This document shows positions 23,653-32,000 of a stretch of 32,000 nucleotides of DNA, in pieces (the first letter of the stretch is position 1; every line of letters begins with the position of its first letter). Under the pieces are notes generated by a model. The model did no database searches. It was not told the origin of the DNA and saw only the letters and a program-made list of their open reading frames with translations. Source of the stretch: Candidatus Saccharimonadota bacterium (lineage in GTDB: Bacteria; Patescibacteriota; Gracilibacteria; UBA1369; 2-02-FULL-48-14); contig JBAZVE010000001.1 in the NCBI GenBank assembly GCA_041661045.1, forward strand, positions 660,001-692,000. Reading direction: 5' to 3'. The position numbers and the translations under genes were made by a program.

Positions 23653-24561
23653 ATGTTCCTTCTTGAATTTCTCAATCAAAAGAATCTTCACACTTCTTTA
23701 GTGGAGTTGCTGGTGGAACTCAGCCGGGCTGCGGAAGAAATCTCCACTTCCATCATTCATGCCAGCACAAAAAAAGCGGGGAGCATCAATGCTTCGGGGG
23801 AGGAGCAAATTGCCATGGATATTTTGGCGAATGATATTTTGGTACGAACGGTAAAAACCAATCCTTTTGTGGTGGGATACTGCAGCGAGGAAATAGATGG
23901 ATACGAACAGGCGAGTGAGGAAGGGCTTTACAGTGTGTTTTTTGATCCGCTCGATGGGTCCAGTTTGTTCGACACCAATTTTTCAGTGGGAACGATTATT
24001 GGAATTTATGAAGGAGCCGAGGTGCTTGGACGAACGCCAAGAGGACAGGTTGCGGCCTTGTACACGGTTTACGGTCCCCGCACCACCATGATGCTTACGG
24101 TTGGGCAAGGGGTGCACGAATTTTTACTGACAGAAGAGGGTTGGGAGCTGGCGACGGAACAGGTGGAACTCCGCGGTACTAAAAAATACTTTGCACCAGG
24201 CAATTTGCGTGCCGCGCATGAGCGAAAAGACTACCTGGAATTGGTGAACACCTACATCCAGGAACAATACACCCTTAGGTACAGTGGAGGAATGGTCCCG
24301 GATCTCAATCATATTTTCAAGAAAGGCAGCGGAATATTCATGTATCCGGGTATGCCCAGTGCACCCGAGGGCAAGCTTCGACTTCTTTATGAATGTGGTC
24401 CCATGGCATTTCTTGTGGAACAGGCGGGTGGGGCGAGCAGTGATGGAAAGGGATCCATTCTGGATACGGAAATTCGGGATTATCATCAGCGAAGCCCGGT
24501 CTTTTTGGGGACTCAAACAGAGGTAGAGAAGTGCGTAATGGCTCTGGCCAATGCTTTGTGA
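23653..24561 (+). CDS. fbp: fructose-1,6-bisphosphatase, class 1
   Basis: The ORF track starts at 23584, inside fba. The first ATG after the fba stop is 23653 (MFLLEFLNQ..., 302 aa). Motifs present: FFDPLDGSS, RYSGGMVPD and GKLRLLYECGPMAFLVEQAGG. Confidence 0.92.
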   Translation: MFLLEFLNQKNLHTSLVELLVELSRAAEEISTSIIHASTKKAGSINASGEEQIAMDILANDILVRTVKTNPFVVGYCSEEIDGYEQASEEGLYSVFFDPLDGSSLFDTNFSVGTIIGIYEGAEVLGRTPRGQVAALYTVYGPRTTMMLTVGQGVHEFLLTEEGWELATEQVELRGTKKYFAPGNLRAAHERKDYLELVNTYIQEQYTLRYSGGMVPDLNHIFKKGSGIFMYPGMPSAPEGKLRLLYECGPMAFLVEQAGGASSDGKGSILDTEIRDYHQRSPVFLGTQTEVEKCVMALANAL

Positions 24562-24563
24562 GT

Positions 24564-24580
24564 GGTGTAGACTTCGCCTA
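24564..24580 (+). promoter_or_regulatory. promoter element upstream of the second ECF sigma gene: GGTG-TAGACT-TCGCCTA
   Basis: TAGACT at 24568-24573, with TGGCCA at 24545-24550 (17-nt spacer) as a possible -35. The 17-mer is a 16/17 match to the tsaC promoter element. It lies 26 nt upstream of ATG 24600 and directly after the fbp stop. Confidence 0.4.
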
Positions 24581-24599
24581 GCGCCTTTCCATTCCCATT

Positions 24600-25172
24600 A
24601 TGTCCTTGTCCGCATCTTCCAATTTTGACATTGATGCCGCGGTACTTGCTGCTCAAGAGGGCGATAAAGATGCCTTCGCGCAGCTCTATGACCGCTTCTT
24701 TGAGCCTATTTATAGGTATGTTTATTTTCGAGTGGCGGCGAGCGAAGTGGATGATTTGGTGGAAATCGTTTTTATAAAAGCATGGATGAACTTGGAGAAA
24801 TACGAAAAGCGAGATGTGAATTTTTCGGCATGGCTTTTCAAGATTGCTCACAATGCGGTGATTGATCATCGCCGTTCGCATCGCCCTCTTTTTGAGGTGA
24901 AGGAAGAAATTGCGGATGAGTCCGATAAATCGGCCCCAAAGGAATTGACCGAAAAGAATATGCTTTCTCAGACCATTCGTTTGGCGGTGGATGAACTTAA
25001 GGAGCCTTATAAACAAGTGGTGACACTTAAGTTTTTGCTTGGACTTTCCAATCCCGAGATCGCCGAAATCATGAATGAACGGGAGGGAAATATTCGCGTG
25101 ATTCAATTCCGTGCCCTTAAGGAATTGAAAGGCATTCTCAATAAAAAGGGCTTGGAGCAAGAATCCTTGTAA
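24600..25172 (+). CDS. RNA polymerase sigma factor, ECF (sigma-70 group 4) family
   Basis: 190 aa. Region 2 (FAQLYDRFFEPIYRYVYFRV...DLVEIVFIKAW...WLFKIAHNAVIDHRR) and the region 4 HTH (LSNPEIAEIMNEREGNIRVIQFRALKELK) are present. Confidence 0.9.
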   Translation: MSLSASSNFDIDAAVLAAQEGDKDAFAQLYDRFFEPIYRYVYFRVAASEVDDLVEIVFIKAWMNLEKYEKRDVNFSAWLFKIAHNAVIDHRRSHRPLFEVKEEIADESDKSAPKELTEKNMLSQTIRLAVDELKEPYKQVVTLKFLLGLSNPEIAEIMNEREGNIRVIQFRALKELKGILNKKGLEQESL

Positions 25173-25214
25173 TGAATTAGATTCTCCTCCGTTCTAAACC
25201 CATGCAAAGCACTA

Positions 25215-27071
25215 ATGTGGCGACAATCGCTCAAACCTATGGATCCCAATCAAATAGAAAACGCAAAAAAACGAATTTGGAATCAAATGTCCTCCAAACT
25301 TCCTGATCGGGGGCTTGGGCTCTATCAATCGGTGCTTTCGGATGTTCGTTCCATTGCTGTTCCTCAGGTCTCTCGGCTCAAAAGAGTGCAGAGTAAAGAA
25401 AACCTGTTGAACCTTTTGCCAGATCGAGCTTCTTCCGGATTCGCGTTCAAGCGAGTGTGGGGACTTGGATCGTTGTTTTTGGTCTTTTCGTTTTTATTTA
25501 TGCCCATTTTGCAGAGCCCTCCCGTGGCTTCCGCCGACAGCAACAATCGACTTGAAGTGGTGGAAGGGCAGGTTCTTGTGAATGGGGAGATGGCCATGGA
25601 AAGCCAAATTCTTGAAGAAGGAGACCGCATCGAGACTTTGGAGGGAGCGGTGGCTCATCTCTATTTTGTGGACGACAGCCGTATGACTTTGGCACCCGAA
25701 ACGGTAGTGGACATCGTGGACACTCATGTGAACCCCGAGAATCGTGCAGACACTCAGGTTTCGGTGCAACAAGAAAAGGGAAGAGCTTGGGTTCAAGTTC
25801 TCAATTTGGTTTCTCAGGATTCTTACTTTTTGGTTTCGTTCCCGGATGGCTTTGTTCAAGTGGATAGTCGTGCCAGTTTTGATTTGGAGCTTGCTCAAGA
25901 TACTCGCATTTCGATTGCACGAAATCTCGTGGAACTCAGGGTGGAGGGAGAGAGCATGTCTTACGCCGGAACTTTGGGGCAGGGGGCCGAAATCTTGCTT
26001 GCGCAGGGGCTTGTGGAGACGCAGTCCATCCCTGCAGAACGAGAAGAAGACCTGTGGTGGGATTTTAATGACGCCTACGGAAGAACTTATGCTCAGGTTT
26101 TAGATGATCAATACAAACAAGAAACCTCCTTGCATGCCACCATTCTCCCCACGCACCCGCTCTACTTTTTAAAGACTTTCCGTGAAGATCTTCAAGTTTC
26201 TTTGGCGCTCACTTCCGGTGCGCGCGAGGAGCTTTTGGTTCAACAGGCGGAGGCCCGTCTCACCGAAGCGCAAATTCTTATGGCCAAGGGTGAGCCCGAG
26301 GCCGCTGAAGAGGCGCTCAATGAGTACCACAATACCGTGCAAGATTCTTTGGAAAATTCAGACAATACCGTTTTGTTGGCCAAGGTGGAACTCACTCAAA
26401 AACAGTCTCTCGCGGCGGCTCAAGTGGATCCATCCTCCACCCTTTTGGAGGATCATTTACTGTCTTCCTCCGCATTGCTTTCTTCTAGCTTGGAAGGAAA
26501 AACAGAGCTCAAAATGTTCTCGGCTTCTCAAAAACTGGCGCGAGTTCCCGACCTCATTGCCAATGGAAAGTTTGATCAAGCTTTGGATGAACTCCTGGCG
26601 TACCAAACCAGCTCTCTTTCCATTCTTACGGAGCTTGAACAAGTTCCAATGGAAGAACGACAAGGAATTGTCTCTAAACTTTTGGATCAAAAACTGGAGG
26701 ACATTAAATTGCTTCGTGTGATCGCGAGTATGCCGGAGGTTTCCGGAGCTTTGGATTTGGACACTCAACTTGTGGAGCAACTCAGCATGATGGTGCTCTC
26801 TCTTAAAGAGCAGCAACTCTCCGACCTTTCCAATTTCTTTGAAAATACCGACTACGATTTGAGCGTTCAATACAGTGTTTATGCTCGTCTTAAAAATGAC
26901 ACGGAAATCGATGAAAAACTGACCGAACAATTTGAGACGGTGGAGAATGAAATTCAAAATTCCATCGATGGGGAGGTGTCTCCCGTGATCGAAATTGAAG
27001 AGTCGGTTTCGGATCCTGAGCCTGCTTCTGAGGAAGTTTTAGTCCCCCATACCGACGAGGCCCAAGAGTAA
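25215..27071 (+). CDS. FecR-like / DUF5667-like protein downstream of the ECF sigma factor (putative anti-sigma or sigma regulator)
   Basis: 618 aa. One TM helix (VWGLGSLFLVFSFLFMPIL) is followed by a FecR-type beta segment (LEVVEGQVLVNGEMAMESQILEEGDRIETLEGAVAHLYFVDDSRMTLAPETVVDI). Next comes a helical region starting HPLYFLKTFREDLQVSLAL...AEARLTEAQILMAKGE, which resembles DUF5667 from memory, and then an acidic tail. An alternative start is ATG 25239. Confidence 0.75.
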   Translation: MWRQSLKPMDPNQIENAKKRIWNQMSSKLPDRGLGLYQSVLSDVRSIAVPQVSRLKRVQSKENLLNLLPDRASSGFAFKRVWGLGSLFLVFSFLFMPILQSPPVASADSNNRLEVVEGQVLVNGEMAMESQILEEGDRIETLEGAVAHLYFVDDSRMTLAPETVVDIVDTHVNPENRADTQVSVQQEKGRAWVQVLNLVSQDSYFLVSFPDGFVQVDSRASFDLELAQDTRISIARNLVELRVEGESMSYAGTLGQGAEILLAQGLVETQSIPAEREEDLWWDFNDAYGRTYAQVLDDQYKQETSLHATILPTHPLYFLKTFREDLQVSLALTSGAREELLVQQAEARLTEAQILMAKGEPEAAEEALNEYHNTVQDSLENSDNTVLLAKVELTQKQSLAAAQVDPSSTLLEDHLLSSSALLSSSLEGKTELKMFSASQKLARVPDLIANGKFDQALDELLAYQTSSLSILTELEQVPMEERQGIVSKLLDQKLEDIKLLRVIASMPEVSGALDLDTQLVEQLSMMVLSLKEQQLSDLSNFFENTDYDLSVQYSVYARLKNDTEIDEKLTEQFETVENEIQNSIDGEVSPVIEIEESVSDPEPASEEVLVPHTDEAQE

Positions 27072-28109
27072 TCCAAGGGTTGCGAAAAGGCCTCCCACAA
27101 TCCAGAATCGCATCACCACTTGAGACTCGGGCCAGCCGAGGTGTTCGAAGTGATGGTGCAAAGGCGCGATGTGAAAGATCTTTTTTTTGAGCAGCTTTTT
27201 GGAGCTGAGTTGTAGAATAATGGACAAAGTTTCAATCACAAAAATAAAGCCGATGAAGGGGAGGATTAAAACCGTATTGGTGAGCATGGCGATGACGCCC
27301 AAAGTTGCCCCCAGCGCAGCAGAACCGGTGTCTCCCATGTAAAATCTTGCGGGTGGAATATTGAACCACAAAAAGGCCAGAGTAGCGCCTACAATAACGG
27401 CGCAAAAGGCCGAGAGGATCATGAGGCCGTGTGCGTAAGAAAGCCCGGCGTAAGCGCCAAAAGCAATGATGATGAGTCCGCCTGCGAGGCCGTCCAAACC
27501 ATCGGTAAAGTTCACGGAATTGGCTGTGGCGGTGATGATGAAAACAAAGAGTGGAATGTACCAAAGTCCCAAGACAAAGTCTCCCACGCCCGGAATATGG
27601 ATTTCGTTGTAGCCCAATTTGTAGTAAAACCAAAGGCCGCCCAAAAGGGCCAAAACGGTGAGCCAAAAGAATTTTGGTTTTATATTGAGCCCTTTGCTTT
27701 TTCCCCAACCTTTGATGTTGAAAAGGTCATCCAAAATTCCCAGCACGGCCACCGTGCCCATGGTGAATATGGCCAAATAAGTTTCCTTTCGACTCAGCAG
27801 GGAGTGTTCAAATATACCCAAATAAGAAAGTCCGCGAGAAAGTAAAATGGTGACGAGAGCGCTGCCCCAAATTAAAATTCCACCCATGGTTGGAGTGCCT
27901 GCTTTTTTGTGATGGAGTGCGTGGTAAAGGTCTGCGTTGCCTCCATCACTCGCCACGGTGCGAATGTTCTTCCCCATCTTCAAGCGAGTGAGGAGTCGGA
28001 CGAGAGGTTCCGCAAAAACAAAGGCGATGAGAAAGGCTAGAAATCCGGAACCCACAATCAAAATGAGCTGTCGCACGGTTTCCGTAATGGGAAAATAATT
28101 ACCAAACAT
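27039..28109 (-). CDS. mraY: phospho-N-acetylmuramoyl-pentapeptide transferase
   Basis: 356 aa, polytopic. Motifs present: KKAGTPTMGG, NSVNFTDGLDGLA and PLHHHFE. Its 3' end overlaps the convergent FecR-like gene by 33 nt. Confidence 0.96.
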   Translation of the reverse strand: MFGNYFPITETVRQLILIVGSGFLAFLIAFVFAEPLVRLLTRLKMGKNIRTVASDGGNADLYHALHHKKAGTPTMGGILIWGSALVTILLSRGLSYLGIFEHSLLSRKETYLAIFTMGTVAVLGILDDLFNIKGWGKSKGLNIKPKFFWLTVLALLGGLWFYYKLGYNEIHIPGVGDFVLGLWYIPLFVFIITATANSVNFTDGLDGLAGGLIIIAFGAYAGLSYAHGLMILSAFCAVIVGATLAFLWFNIPPARFYMGDTGSAALGATLGVIAMLTNTVLILPFIGFIFVIETLSIILQLSSKKLLKKKIFHIAPLHHHFEHLGWPESQVVMRFWIVGGLFATLGLLLGLVGMGD

Positions 28110-28971
28110 AGGCTTTATAAATCCAATCGACTAAAGTTCTTGTGTCGCCGAAACGGTTTTTACTTCCCAGCACGATGGTGAGGATTTCGTGGCCCTCCGG
28201 ACTTTCAGCCAAACTGATCAAGCATTCTCCGGCCATTGGGGTGGTTCCCGTTTTGAACCCTTTGATCCCCATTTCTCCAAGCAAAATATTGGTGTTGAGC
28301 AGTTTGTGTTCTTGTCCGCCCTCACCCTTCACCGAGACTTCTTTTTGGCTTACAATTTCCCGTATACTCTCGTTCTTTAGTAGGTGCGTGCTGAGTGCGG
28401 TGAGATCCCTTGCACTGGAATAGGCGCCAGCGCTGTCCAATCCGTTTGCATTTTTATAATAGGTGTCTTCCAGTCCGAGTTTTTTTGCCATACTGTTCAT
28501 TTTTTCGATGAAGGCCTGCTCGCTTCCGGCATTGTATTCGGCCAGGGCCATGGCGGCGTCGTTTCCGGATTCAATCAAAAGTCCGTAGAGTAAATTTCTA
28601 ATGGTGATTTGTTCTCCTGCACTCAGGCCCATGCGTGACCCCCCGGTGCTTGCTGCATTTGCACTCACGGTCACCACGGCGCTGGGATCGTTCTCTTCTA
28701 AAATAAGTGTGGCGGTCATCAATTTGGTGAGGCTGGCGATAGGCACTCTAGCCAAAGGATTTTCTTCAAAGAGTATGGCTTGCGTTTCCAGGTCCACCGC
28801 CAAAATAGCTGATCCGCTCAGGGAGCCTGGGGCAATGAACTCTTCTCGCTGAGTGGGCATGGAAGAAATAGAAAGGAGACTTTTGTCATCCCATTGGTCT
28901 TGAACAGCAACTCCGGAACCCCCAAGACTGAGGCTGCTGGCGAAGAGAAGAGAAATAAGGCTTTGAAACAT
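28099..28971 (-). CDS. D-alanyl-D-alanine carboxypeptidase (peptidase S11, PBP5/6-like)
   Basis: 290 aa with a signal peptide. Carries SxxK (ASLTKLMT), SxN (ESGNDAA) and KTG (FKTGTT). Overlaps the mraY start by 11 nt. Confidence 0.9.
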   Translation of the reverse strand: MFQSLISLLFASSLSLGGSGVAVQDQWDDKSLLSISSMPTQREEFIAPGSLSGSAILAVDLETQAILFEENPLARVPIASLTKLMTATLILEENDPSAVVTVSANAASTGGSRMGLSAGEQITIRNLLYGLLIESGNDAAMALAEYNAGSEQAFIEKMNSMAKKLGLEDTYYKNANGLDSAGAYSSARDLTALSTHLLKNESIREIVSQKEVSVKGEGGQEHKLLNTNILLGEMGIKGFKTGTTPMAGECLISLAESPEGHEILTIVLGSKNRFGDTRTLVDWIYKAYVW

Positions 28972-28983
28972 GAGCAGAGTATA

Positions 28984-30381
28984 TCAGTATATCCCGATGT
29001 AGAAAAGTTCGTCGTTGTCTTCGTAAAAGTTTCCAAAGTCTTCGCCCAGTTCAATGATGATTTCACCGTTGCTCGGCCAGTTTTCAGGCAAATATTGAGT
29101 GGGAAGTGTTTTGTTGATTTCACCAAAAGTGAGTGAGGGGAGGAGCTCCAGCGTATTTTCATTGCCCTCCATCCTTGAATAAATTTGAGTGTCCTTCACC
29201 TCCCGATCCAATCCGTTCCCATAATTCACCACAGTGAATCCATAGCGAACCAAATACATTTTAGTGAGTCCGGCCAGGCTTTCCACTTTTGTCCCGTTGA
29301 GCACCTGGAGTGGTGTTTTTTCGGCATAAACCTCCGGATGGTACAAGAACAGCTGTGCAAAAAGTTGGAGCTCTTCAAAATTCATTTCTCCCGCAAAAGG
29401 AATGAGGTAGTAGGGTTCATTTTCTTCCCGAGGGGGGGTGTATAAAAATCCACCCATGGTGGTGGCATCGTCGCTCAGCACCGCGGAGTTGATGGAGTCT
29501 CCGGTGAGGTCTTCCGCAAAGCCCACCAGGGAGACCAGTTCGCTGAGGGAAAGGTCGGTCTCAAAATTCGAAGAAATGCTGGAGTAAAGATCTTTGATTC
29601 GATTGGGGTTGGCCAGTACACCCAAGCTCAGGGCCTTTTCCTTCATGGCGCTGAGCACCTCTTGTTGACGGCGAGCTCTGTCGAAGTCGGAGGTGTTGTG
29701 TCGGCTGCGCACATATTTGAGCGTGGTTTCACCGTCCAGTTCTTGTACGCCCGCCCCCAAATAAAAGGGCTCATAAATGGCATTGGATCCGTCCGGGGCA
29801 GGGTAGGATTCGTCCACGATGGCTTCCTCAACCGTCACGGTTACTCCCCCCAGTGCATCCACCATTTCTGTGAAGCCCTGAAAGTCGACTTTTGCATAGT
29901 AATGAATGTCGATATCAAAAAGTTTTTCAACCTCTCCTTGCAGTTCGGACATGGCGTAAACAGGGTCCTCGGTTTCATCCAAAACATATTCATACACACT
30001 GTTGATGCGCGTTCCCCAGCCCACTTCTTCATTTTCGATATAGAGATCTCGTGGAATCGAGATCATGGAAACCAGTTTTTGGTTGTGGTCCAGGGAAGCC
30101 ACGATCATGGTGTCGGTTAAGTTTTCTCCGTCATGACCTTCACCGCCCACTCCAATCAGCAGGATGTTGCTGTGCCCATAAGCATCGGTTTCCAGAGTGC
30201 GGCCCACCGCCGAGATGAGGATTTGTTTCACCGAAAAGGGATTTCCCATGGCCAGCGCTCCGATCACGCCTTTTAAGGTGAAAACCCCCAAAATCAGGGC
30301 CAGCACACTTAAAGCCAAATGCTCCTTTACCCAAGATTTGGCTTTGGAGGTCTTGATGGGTCTCATCTCAAAAGAATTCAT
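28984..30381 (-). CDS. LytR-CpsA-Psr (LCP) family cell-envelope phosphotransferase
   Basis: 465 aa with an N-terminal TM anchor. The LCP core is ILLIGVGGEGHDGENLTDTMIVASLD...ISIPRDLYI...YVRSRH. Confidence 0.9.
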   Translation of the reverse strand: MNSFEMRPIKTSKAKSWVKEHLALSVLALILGVFTLKGVIGALAMGNPFSVKQILISAVGRTLETDAYGHSNILLIGVGGEGHDGENLTDTMIVASLDHNQKLVSMISIPRDLYIENEEVGWGTRINSVYEYVLDETEDPVYAMSELQGEVEKLFDIDIHYYAKVDFQGFTEMVDALGGVTVTVEEAIVDESYPAPDGSNAIYEPFYLGAGVQELDGETTLKYVRSRHNTSDFDRARRQQEVLSAMKEKALSLGVLANPNRIKDLYSSISSNFETDLSLSELVSLVGFAEDLTGDSINSAVLSDDATTMGGFLYTPPREENEPYYLIPFAGEMNFEELQLFAQLFLYHPEVYAEKTPLQVLNGTKVESLAGLTKMYLVRYGFTVVNYGNGLDREVKDTQIYSRMEGNENTLELLPSLTFGEINKTLPTQYLPENWPSNGEIIIELGEDFGNFYEDNDELFYIGIY

Positions 30382-30409
30382 GCGGAAGAGGCGTCAGAAA
30401 CTTGCAGAT

Positions 30410-30438
30410 ATTCTACCGAAGGTTGGTCTTTTTTTAAA
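30410..30438 (-). promoter_or_regulatory. candidate promoter TTTAAA-17 nt-TAGAAT upstream of the LCP-PBP5-mraY operon
   Basis: Read on the minus strand: TTTAAA (30438-30433), a 17-nt spacer, TAGAAT (30415-30410). It lies 28 nt upstream of ATG 30381. Confidence 0.35.
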
Positions 30439-30444
30439 GAGGAT

Positions 30445-30702
30445 TTATTGAGTTTTTTTAAGTATCCCCATGGTTTTGAGTATTTTCACGATTTCCTCAA
30501 TTTTATCTTTTTCCATCCTTCTGTATTTCGCCGCCAAATCCAAATCTCCTTCTTTCAGTTTGTTTTCTTTGAACACGCAAAGCTCCAGTAGGTCTACACC
30601 CAAGGTCTCGAGCTCCTTATTCTTGAGCTTTACCGAACTCAAGAGTTTGATTATTGAATGGGTGCTGTCTAGTTTGAGTTTTTTCATGACTCCTGATGTC
30701 AA
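30445..30702 (-). CDS. hypothetical small protein (85 aa), possible UVR-like helical motif
   Basis: Lys/Glu-rich and helical. The segment KEGDLDLAAKYRRMEKDKIEEI resembles the UvrB/UvrC (UVR) motif (acidic-hydrophobic-AA-x-xR); this is tentative. It begins 6 nt after the tspO stop. An alternative start is at M6. Confidence 0.5.
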   Translation of the reverse strand: MTSGVMKKLKLDSTHSIIKLLSSVKLKNKELETLGVDLLELCVFKENKLKEGDLDLAAKYRRMEKDKIEEIVKILKTMGILKKTQ

Positions 30703-30708
30703 TTGAGC

Positions 30709-31104
30709 TTATCTGTTCAGGTAGGTGATGGTGAGTTGAAGCACCGTGGCAAAACTGCCCCAAAGCAGGTAGGGGATATTGGCGTACACAACCCATCGAA
30801 AACGAGGCCACACGGCTACAAACGCCCAAATAAGCGTCCCCAAAACCAACAAAATATCTATGGAGGCCAGAATATTGTTTTCCAGCCCAAACTGAATGGG
30901 CGTGAAGCTGAGATTGAAGATCAGATTGAGCAAAAAGGGGAGGGCAACCCATCGTGGGATTTTTCGGGTAAAGGCTTTGTAAAATACAAATCCAAATGAA
31001 ATGAAAATGAGTACATATAAAACGGTCCACACCGGCCCAAATAGCCAGCTTGGTGGCGCCCAGAGCGGCTTTATCAATTCCGTGTAATAAGTGATTTCAT
31101 CCAT
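30709..31104 (-). CDS. tspO: TspO/MBR (tryptophan-rich sensory protein) family, short form
   Basis: 131 aa. The signature KPLWAPPSWLFGPVWTVLYVLI sits almost at the N-terminus, and Trp-rich TM helices follow. The protein appears to lack the first TM helix of the usual ~150-160-aa, 5-TM proteins. Confidence 0.8.
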   Translation of the reverse strand: MDEITYYTELIKPLWAPPSWLFGPVWTVLYVLIFISFGFVFYKAFTRKIPRWVALPFLLNLIFNLSFTPIQFGLENNILASIDILLVLGTLIWAFVAVWPRFRWVVYANIPYLLWGSFATVLQLTITYLNR

Positions 31105-31200
31105 GGTGTTGTGTACAGTTTAACCAGAAATAGCATTTGGTCCATACCTCTTAAATAAAAAGAGGCTGCGTTTTTCATATCTTTTTAAATATAATGGATT

Positions 31201-31581
31201 TTATTCCTTATGGCGTTTATATAAGAAAACAGTGTTAATAATAATCGCCCATACTGAAATTGCTAATGCTATTAGCATATAAGCCTCGCTGAGACCCCCA
31301 TAGTATCCATGTTGAATTAAATATGTTGAGGCGTAAATTGATGCCACATAATAGAAGCTTGATTGACGAAAGTGGTCGAGGCTATTTGGCTTGCGTAGTT
31401 TTTCGAGCTCCGCCATCAGTTTATTGGCCAGCCAAAATAATAGAGAACCTATTACAACAATCGAGAGAAACGCTTCGGGTGTTCCCACTAGTATTATACT
31501 GGATAAACCGATAGTCGACTCTAATGATGCCACAACAAAAATTGTGCCGATAAGAACAGGCATGAGAAAAGCTGCGTACAA
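31201..31581 (-). CDS. hypothetical integral membrane protein (about four TM helices)
   Basis: 126-aa ORF in an AT-rich stretch. The track start at 31581 is a TTG; the first ATG is 31563 (MPVLIGT...). No recognisable motif. Confidence 0.55.
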   Translation of the reverse strand: MYAAFLMPVLIGTIFVVASLESTIGLSSIILVGTPEAFLSIVVIGSLLFWLANKLMAELEKLRKPNSLDHFRQSSFYYVASIYASTYLIQHGYYGGLSEAYMLIALAISVWAIIINTVFLYKRHKE

Positions 31582-31690
31582 CAGGGGTGATATTATCTTT
31601 TTGATTATGTGTATATGCTATGGATAGTAATAAATGGGGCAACCGTCAGCTGATGTTCGTGTGTTGGTGAACTTGCTTAAATGGTAAAAA

Positions 31691-31900
31691 TTAATTTTGC
31701 TCAACGATTGTTAATGCTTTTTCGGCATCTTCTTCTTTACATTGCAGTTGATAGCCACCAAATGCATTTGAAAGTAATGGGTTCGTTCCAATTATTCCTT
31801 CGTTGTTGAGGAAGCATGGAATGCCTTCTGATTCGAGGTGGTTTTTACAGATGTTTGCTTCGTAAGGATCCAAAAAAGTTTTTATTGTGACGAAACTCAT
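31691..31900 (-). CDS. DUF2007-like small protein (putative signal-transducing, PII-like fold family)
   Basis: 69 aa. The pattern TFLDPYEANICKNHLESEGIPCFL...GGYQLQCKEEDAEKALTIV matches the DUF2007 pattern (hydrophobic-A-x-x-x-x-x-L-E-x-x-G-I ... V-x-x-x-D-x-x-x-A) from memory. Its ATG overlaps the stop of the upstream ORF in an ATGA. Confidence 0.65.
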   Translation of the reverse strand: MSFVTIKTFLDPYEANICKNHLESEGIPCFLNNEGIIGTNPLLSNAFGGYQLQCKEEDAEKALTIVEQN

Positions 31901-32000
31901 TTACTCAGTAACTCAAAGGAGGCAATGATCTCCTGAATTTCTGCATTGATTCCATCTACTTCAGTTGATGGGCTGTAGTTGTAGTAGTAAGTAGCGTCTT
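31897..32000 (-). CDS. 3' end of an unidentified ORF truncated by the window edge
   Basis: Open minus-strand frame from the window end: ...DATYYYNYSPSTEVDGINAEIQEIIASFELLSK, with stop TGA at 31897-31899 overlapping the next ATG. Only 33 codons are visible, so no function can be assigned. Confidence 0.4.
   Translation of the reverse strand, partial: DATYYYNYSPSTEVDGINAEIQEIIASFELLSK

Noticed and set aside
24513-25160. 215-aa minus-strand ORF covering the second ECF sigma gene
   Set aside because: It is antisense to a gene with clear sigma-70 region 2 and region 4 motifs, and the product has no recognisable features. I treat it as a shadow ORF.
31147-31165. Hairpin CCTCTT-AAATAAA-AAGAGG between the 126-aa gene and tspO, considered as a terminator
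   Set aside because: Both flanking genes are on the minus strand, where the hairpin is not followed by a U-tract. On the plus strand a T-run follows only after 5 nt, and there is no plus-strand gene to terminate. I left it uncalled.
1-32000. Alternative genetic code (UGA or UAG recoding, as in some CPR lineages), plus rRNA, tRNA, CRISPR and IS elements
   Set aside because: Conserved genes (dnaK, gap, serS, mraY, fbp, ung) are full length under the standard code and end at TAA, TAG or TGA where expected. The few gaps over 100 bp (10270-10389, 20936-21203, 22508-22613, 31582-31690) show no cloverleaf-like or repeat-spacer structure by eye. No transposase or integrase motifs were seen. Visual scanning cannot exclude a small ncRNA.

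Overview
Compact, gene-dense bacterial chromosomal window with about 33 protein-coding genes and the standard genetic code. Intergenic gaps are mostly under 120 bp and several genes overlap by 4-33 bp. Most content is housekeeping: an ABC exporter, ung, serS, an hrcA-grpE-dnaK heat-shock locus with a textbook CIRCE operator, gap, class I fba plus fbp, tsaC, rsmH-ftsL, an LCP-PBP5-mraY envelope operon, two ECF sigma modules and tspO. The reduced dcw cluster (no mraZ), a short HrcA, a FecR/DUF5667-type sigma partner and the lack of Shine-Dalgarno-like leaders suggest a small-genome lineage such as Patescibacteria/CPR; this is inference only. I saw no rRNA, tRNA, CRISPR array, transposase or integrase. 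Three items stand out. (i) A 1419-aa single ORF joins an M48-type HExxH metalloprotease module to a UbiB/ABC1 atypical-kinase module through about 790 aa I cannot assign. It sits just downstream of dnaK, and a 137-aa unknown occupies the slot usually held by dnaJ. (ii) An orphan ~360-aa protein has a divergent, possibly internally duplicated, class III nucleotidyl-cyclase-like core. (iii) Several promoters place a -10 hexamer only 6-9 nt from the ATG, implying leaderless-type transcripts. All domain calls come from reading motifs by eye; nothing was checked against a database.
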